Shown here: one piece after another, positions 59,232 to 64,000 of the stretch
Numbering within the stretch: position 1 is the stretch's first letter
Layout of the letters: the number at the start of each line of letters is the position of its first letter
Assembly (NCBI GenBank): GCA_963827735.1
Contig: CAWHBO010000005.1
Location: 187,669-251,668 of the forward strand
DNA from: Candidatus Parcubacteria bacterium
GTDB lineage: Bacteria > Patescibacteriota > Patescibacteriia > Patescibacteriales > UBA12075
Length of the DNA: 64,000 nucleotides
Direction of reading: 5' to 3'
Made by a program: the position numbers and the translations under genes
Notes under the pieces: generated by a model
Databases searched by the model: none
What the model was told of the DNA's origin: nothing
Seen by the model: the letters and a program-made list of their open reading frames with translations, nothing else

Positions 59232-59831
59232 GATCTGTCCTCCGCATGACAGCTGTCGCGATGCGCGAGCTTGCGAAGCTAATTGTGAGGGCACAGCTGC
59301 CATATGGCCACTCCCGCGCTAACGCCGGTCAGCCCAGACCTCGGCGGCGACTGCACGATCAGGCGGAGCTCGGCCGCCTGCTTCGGTCGTGAGCACATTG
59401 CCCTCGACCGTGGAGGAGAACCCGCACTGCGAAGACAGGCAGAGCTGGTCGAGCGGGACGAACCTGGCCGCCTCGTCGATACGCCGCTTCAGCGCGTCCG
59501 GGTCCTCGAGCTTGCCGGTCTTGGTCGTGACTACGGCGAGGGGAGACCGGCTTGGGAGTGGCCGGGCTGACGGGGCAGGAATGACGGCCAGCAGGATCGG
59601 TCAGCGTCAAGCATCGACTGCGCGGCACGACCAACGCAAGCATCGGCGGCCGCCCGGATCGCCGATTCGGCGCTCTTCTAGGCTGTGGTCAGCTTCGGCT
59701 GGTCTGGGCCGCCCCGAATCCTCTGTTCGGCGTCGCCCGGGCGTGCTGCGCCGGCGTCGCCTGCGTGAGGGCCTGCTGGTCTGAGATGGAGCGGAGCCGG
59801 ATCGCAACGACCGGAATCTTGCCGGGGTCTT

Positions 59832-60200
59832 GTGTCACAAGATATCGTGTTGGGCGTGGCGGATGCCGAGCTGACGGAGCTCCGCAGGGGCGTGCTGGGG
59901 CCGTGCGTGCTGGCGCTGCTGGAGCAGCGGCCGCGGTTCGGGCTGGAACTGGTCCGTGACCTCGCGGGCGCCGGCGGCCTGCTGACCAGTGACGGCACGG
60001 TGTACCCGCTGCTGAACCGGCTCCGGGACGCGGGCCTGGTGACCAGCGAATGGCAGGTGGTCGAGGGCGAGCGGCCGCGCCGGTACTACTCGATCACTCA
60101 GGCGGGGACGGCGAGCCTGGCGGCATTCCGCGGCGAGTGGGCGCGGTTCGCCGCCACGGTCAGCCAGGTACTGCGCGAGGGTGCGGCGGAGCCGGCTGGG
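59832..60200 (+). CDS. PadR-family transcriptional regulator (no in-frame stop until 60536, so the C-terminal boundary is uncertain)
   Basis: LRRGVLGPCVLALLEQRPRFGLELVRDLAGAGGLLTSDGTVYPLLNRLRDAGLVTSEWQVVEGERPRRYYSITQAG. Confidence 0.7.
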
Positions 60201-60389
60201 CGCCGCCAAGGGACGGCCGCGATGAACGACGCAGAGCTTGCGCATCGGCTGGTGGCCGGGTACCGTACGCGGTTCGGCGCGGCCGCGTGGATGCCCGCTG
60301 CGGGACATTCTCATTTGGCTGCACCGCGCCGCGCGGACGGTGACCCGGGTGGCAGCGGGTGCCTCGGGCGGATGGTACGGGAGGCGACC

Positions 60390-61289
60390 GTGATCGATGT
60401 GCTGGAGCATCCGCTGGTCGCGGGTTACCTGCGCGACCTCGACGCCGCGCTGGCGGGCCTCGGCGGCGGCGGCAGCGGAACTGTCCGAGCAGCTCCGGGC
60501 GCACCTGCTGGAAGCGCTGCCGCCCGATGCCGATGAGGACACGGTGATGGCGGTGCTCGCCGCGCTGGGTCCGGCCCGGCTGGTCGCCGAGGCGGCGGCC
60601 GGACCGGCTTCCGGGCCGGGCCGCGGCCGGGCCCGGCCGGACCCGCCGCTGCGCCGGATGGCGGCCTGGGCCAGGCGGCAGCCGGCCCGCACCTGGCTGG
60701 CCGTCGCAGCGGTCACCATCGCGATCGGGCTACCCGCGGGCACGCTGATCTTCTGGCAGGCCCAGCCGAGCCTGCAATGGGTGGGGTCATTCTCCTGGTG
60801 GAGCCAGGCCGATGGCGCCCGCGCGGTGACGACCGAGGCGGCCGGGGCGACCCAGTACACGGTGCCGCTGCGGCCCGGCAAGATCCAGGGCTTCGCCATC
60901 TTCGTGTACAACCCCTCGGACCTGACCGAGTTCATCACCGGCAGCGCCGACCACATCAGCCCGGGCGCGCCGGTCCCGGCCGAGATCGGCGTGTCGACGA
61001 CCGGCACCGTCCGGCAGTCGGGGAACCGCACGCGGTCAGCTACCGGACCGGCGGCCCCATCCCGCCGCACTCCTACCGGTGGGTCCGTGTGCTATGGCGG
61101 TCCGCTCACTGCTACCTGGAGGCCGCCGGGGGCTGGCAGGGGACCAGCGACCTGCAGCTGCGCGTCCGCGTCGGCTGGATCACCAGGACCGAGGACATCC
61201 CGCTGGCCGCTGAGGTCGCCGTCTCACCGAGCGCGGCCACCGTCCAAGCGGACAGGGCATACTGCCGGAACCGGCCACCGGGAGGCTGA
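60390..61289 (+). pseudogene. PadR-associated membrane protein with two frame changes (about 60470 and about 61020)
   Basis: VIDVLEHPLVAGYLRDLDAALAGL | AELSEQLRAHLLEALPPDADEDTVMAVLAALGP...TM...IGVSTTGTVRQSG | ...HAVSYRTGGPIPPHSYRWVRVLWRSAHCYLEAAGGWQGTSDLQLRVRVGW..., spread across three frames. Confidence 0.5.
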
Positions 61290-61867
61290 CCAGCAGCCGC
61301 CCGGGAGTACCCGCCGGCGCAACCGCGCCCAGACCACCAGCATTCCGGCCGCCGTTCCTCTGGGTCTTAGAACACCGGAACGCCAACTCAGCGGCGGCGC
61401 ATCGGCGCCGATCCTATCGTCGGCAAAGCCGCCGTCGGCCGCAACCACCAAGTCGACCGGCAATCACAGATCGTCACGCACCTGCGCGGAGCACTCGCGG
61501 ATCGCCGATTCGGCGCTATTAGCCCTGGTCAGCTTCGCGCAGGCCGGACCGCGCCGAATGGCTATTCCGTATGGCTGTGGCCAACGAGGCCGCGCCTGTC
61601 GGCCGGTGCCGAACGAGCAGTGCGGGTGCTTCCGTCAGCGCGTGGCAGTATCGCTGGTACTCGGGAGGAACTCGACCTCGCCGATGATGTCGCCGTAAGT
61701 TCGACTGGTTCTCGGCCCGGATTGATTCTCGGTGATGTCCTGGCCGCCAATCTGACGAATTTGGCAGCGGTCTAGGGAGGCTGACGCGGCAAGGTAGCGG
61801 CCGTCGCGCCGGGCTGGCGCTTGCATATCTGGACAACTGATTGTCTATCTAGATAGAGTTCCGTCTC

Positions 61868-62215
61868 ATGGCGGCGCGTTCCAGGTTCTCGGCCCAGACG
61901 CTGTCGGTGCTTGCGGTGCTGTTCGCGGAACCGGCGGCGTGGCGGCACGGATACGGGATCGCAAAGGACACCGGACTGAAGTCGGGCAGCCTGTACCCGA
62001 TCTTGATCAGGCTGGCCGAGCGCGGGCTGGTGGAGGCGTGCTGGGAGGCGGAGCAGCCAGCTGGCCGGCCGCGCCGCCACCTGTACCGGCTGACTGCCGG
62101 GGGCCGTGCAGAGGCGGCAGCGGCGCTGGCGGATCGGCAGGCCTCCCTGGCCGGCGGCATCCGGCGTCGCCAGGGCCACCGGGCGGCACCGCAGGGGGCG
62201 TCGTGGGCGGGCTGA
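61868..62215 (+). CDS. PadR-family transcriptional regulator
   Basis: AQTLSVLAVLFAEPAAWRHGYGIAKDTGLKSGSLYPILIRLAERGLVEACWE...GRPRRHLYRLTAGGR. Confidence 0.75.
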   Translation: MAARSRFSAQTLSVLAVLFAEPAAWRHGYGIAKDTGLKSGSLYPILIRLAERGLVEACWEAEQPAGRPRRHLYRLTAGGRAEAAAALADRQASLAGGIRRRQGHRAAPQGASWAG

Positions 62216-63290
62216 CGCGCGCGCTGTCTGCGCTGTTGCGGCACTCGGCCCGGCTGCTGCCGGCTGAGCGCCGCGCATGGGCGGAGGCAGCCTGGGCTGA
62301 AGCGGGCGAGGTGCCCGCCGGCCGGCGGCGGCTGGAATGGCTGGCGGGCGGGGTCTGGATGGCCGCGTCGCAGGCCCGCGTGGTGCGCCGGGCCGGATGG
62401 TGGCTGGTGTTCGGGGCGGTGGCGGCCGGAGTGGTCCGGTTGGGGTGGCCTGGCACTGCTGCCAGCCCGGCCACGGCGATCAACCGGGTCGACGCGGTCG
62501 CGGTCGTGGTGATCTTGTCCGGGCTGCCCTGGGCCGTCCGCCGGATGTTCGGTCCGGCTGGCGGGAGCAGGCTGTCCCGTGTGCTGCGGGCGGCCGGCTA
62601 TGCGGGGATATTGGCTCTGACCGTGGTTAAGGCGAGCGCGGAACGCTTCGGTTATCCGCACGATGCGAACCCCGGCGAGGCGGGTCTGCTGTGGCCCGGC
62701 GAGATCGTTTTCCTGGTGGTGATGGCCGGCTATGCGGTCGGGATCCTTGCTGTCACGGCGCGGCGGGCGCCGACCGCGCCGGCCGCCCTGGCCATCGGCT
62801 CCGCCGCGGGCGCGGCGGCGGGCATGGCGCTGTATGCGCGGGGAAACCTGCACCTCAGCGGCCCGGGGCTTGCGGCGGTGTTTCCGATGCCGTCACGGTG
62901 CTCACGTGGGCTGTGATGCTGGGTACGCCGATCGCGGCCGGGCTGGCCGCGGGGCGGCGGACAGGCCGGGCCCGGCAGGGCGCGGCGACCGGAGCTTGCG
63001 CGGGTGCCGCCGCCGCGCTGGTCGTCTCGGTGCTGGGGACCGGCGCCGCCGCGTTGCTGCCGCACGAGGCGAGGTTGCTGTACTGGGCGTATCCGGTCCG
63101 CCATCTCGCCCACGGCGCCCTGTACCGGTACGAGGTCAACGTGAGCCAGGGCGCGGCGGCCTACATTTTCGTCCTGCTGTTCTTCCCGCTGCTCGGCGCA
63201 GGTCTAGCCAACTTGGGAGCGCTGATCGCCGTGGGCCAGCCCAGCCAGCGGCCAGGCGGCGGCAATGGCGGCGGCCCCCCGCCGCCCCCG
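62205..63290 (+). pseudogene. PadR-associated polytopic membrane protein with a frame change near 62875
   Basis: LTRALSALLRHSARLLPAERRAWAEAAWAEAGEVPAGRRRLEWLAGGVWMAASQ...TM helices... | SDAVTVLTWAVMLGTPIAAGLAAG...YIFVLLFFPLLGAGLANLGALIAVGQ. Confidence 0.5.
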
Positions 63291-64000
63291 CCCAGCTCCG
63301 CCGCCTCCCAGCGGCGGCCGGGCCTGGGACACCCTCACCCAGCCACCCATCCTGCACGCCGGTCATTACATCACGCTCCCCGCCGCACAGGGCGCTTCCC
63401 AAGGCTCCGGAAACGAGCACGCAGCGCCCAATCCCGCCGAGCGGATCCTCATTACCGTCAGCCATCCCTGGCACAGCCGGACTCCAGCGCCCGGCCGCGA
63501 CACGCCCGAGGCGCGTCCGGCCGCCGACCGGCTCGCCGACCTCGGCCCGGGCAGCGACTCCACGGTCGCTCAAGCCGTCACGGACACCGCGGTCGACGAC
63601 GCCATCGGCCACCCGCACCGCGCTCGTCGACTCGAAGAGCTCCCGCCGGTCTCGCACGACGCGAGCCGGTACGGGCCGCGACCAGCGCCTGGCGTGGACC
63701 CTTGGTCATGACCAATGTGAGACCTCCAGCAACAGCACGGCCTCTGGCATCGACGCCGCGATCGTTAGTGCGTCCCGTGTGCTGGTGCTGTAGTCGAACC
63801 GCACGTCGGTTTGCCACAGCCCGAGGCCCAGAACGTCACCGTGGCTCTAGACGGCGACCTGGATGGCAGCCCAGCTGAGCCGGGTTATCGCGGTGAGTGA
63901 GCGATCGAGGAGCGCCACCAGGCGCGGAGCCCGGGCCCGGCGAGGGCGGGCGATACCCGCGTGAGGCAGTGATCGGCGCGGTCTTGCTGACGATCTTCAT

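Noticed and set aside
63841-64000. Possible minus-strand gene starting at the window end (MKIVSKTAPITASRGY...)
   Set aside because: Pro/Gly/Arg-rich low-complexity sequence over only about 50 codons. Cannot be supported from this window.

Overview
The window is a composite of two compositionally unrelated parts. (A) 1 to about 34,040 is about 33-38% GC with compact, intact gene organisation typical of a CPR/Patescibacteria-like genome (Parcubacteria-type). (B) About 34,045 to 64,000 is about 68-72% GC, actinobacterial-like. It contains remnants of integrative elements, a lower-GC sub-island, three PadR regulator + membrane-protein pairs, Lsr2 paralogs, and at least eight genes that needed one or more frame changes to follow the real protein.

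Part A genes: a partial GT1 glycosyltransferase, a TrmB-like regulator, an amino-acid ABC transporter (SBP/permease/ATPase), a short Rel/SpoT, ybeY-dgkA, ftsA, glyQS, glycerate 2-kinase, a ComEC-type MBL protein, a CheY-like receiver, ndk, plsC and an SPFH protein.

The most striking element of part A is a roughly 15 kb surface-protein locus (6.4-21.8 kb). It holds two giant secreted proteins (603 and 1976 aa) that share a TrbC/VirB2-pilin-like N-terminal module, two membrane-anchored DxDxDG (TSP3-like) repeat proteins, a protein ending in a phage tail-fiber S74 intramolecular-chaperone domain, a Cys-rich secreted protein and a TSP3-repeat lipoprotein.

Part A also carries a (GTTATGA)x9 heptanucleotide tract fused to the rel start codon, a family of AT-rich palindromic intergenic elements, GAAATTA-type heptamer tracts after stop codons, a candidate about 70-nt sRNA with its own promoter and terminator, and a promoter/32-aa peptide/terminator mini-unit.

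The A/B junction truncates a gene on each side, so it is most parsimoniously a chimeric or concatenated assembly rather than a biological insertion. No CRISPR array, rRNA or intact tRNA was found.
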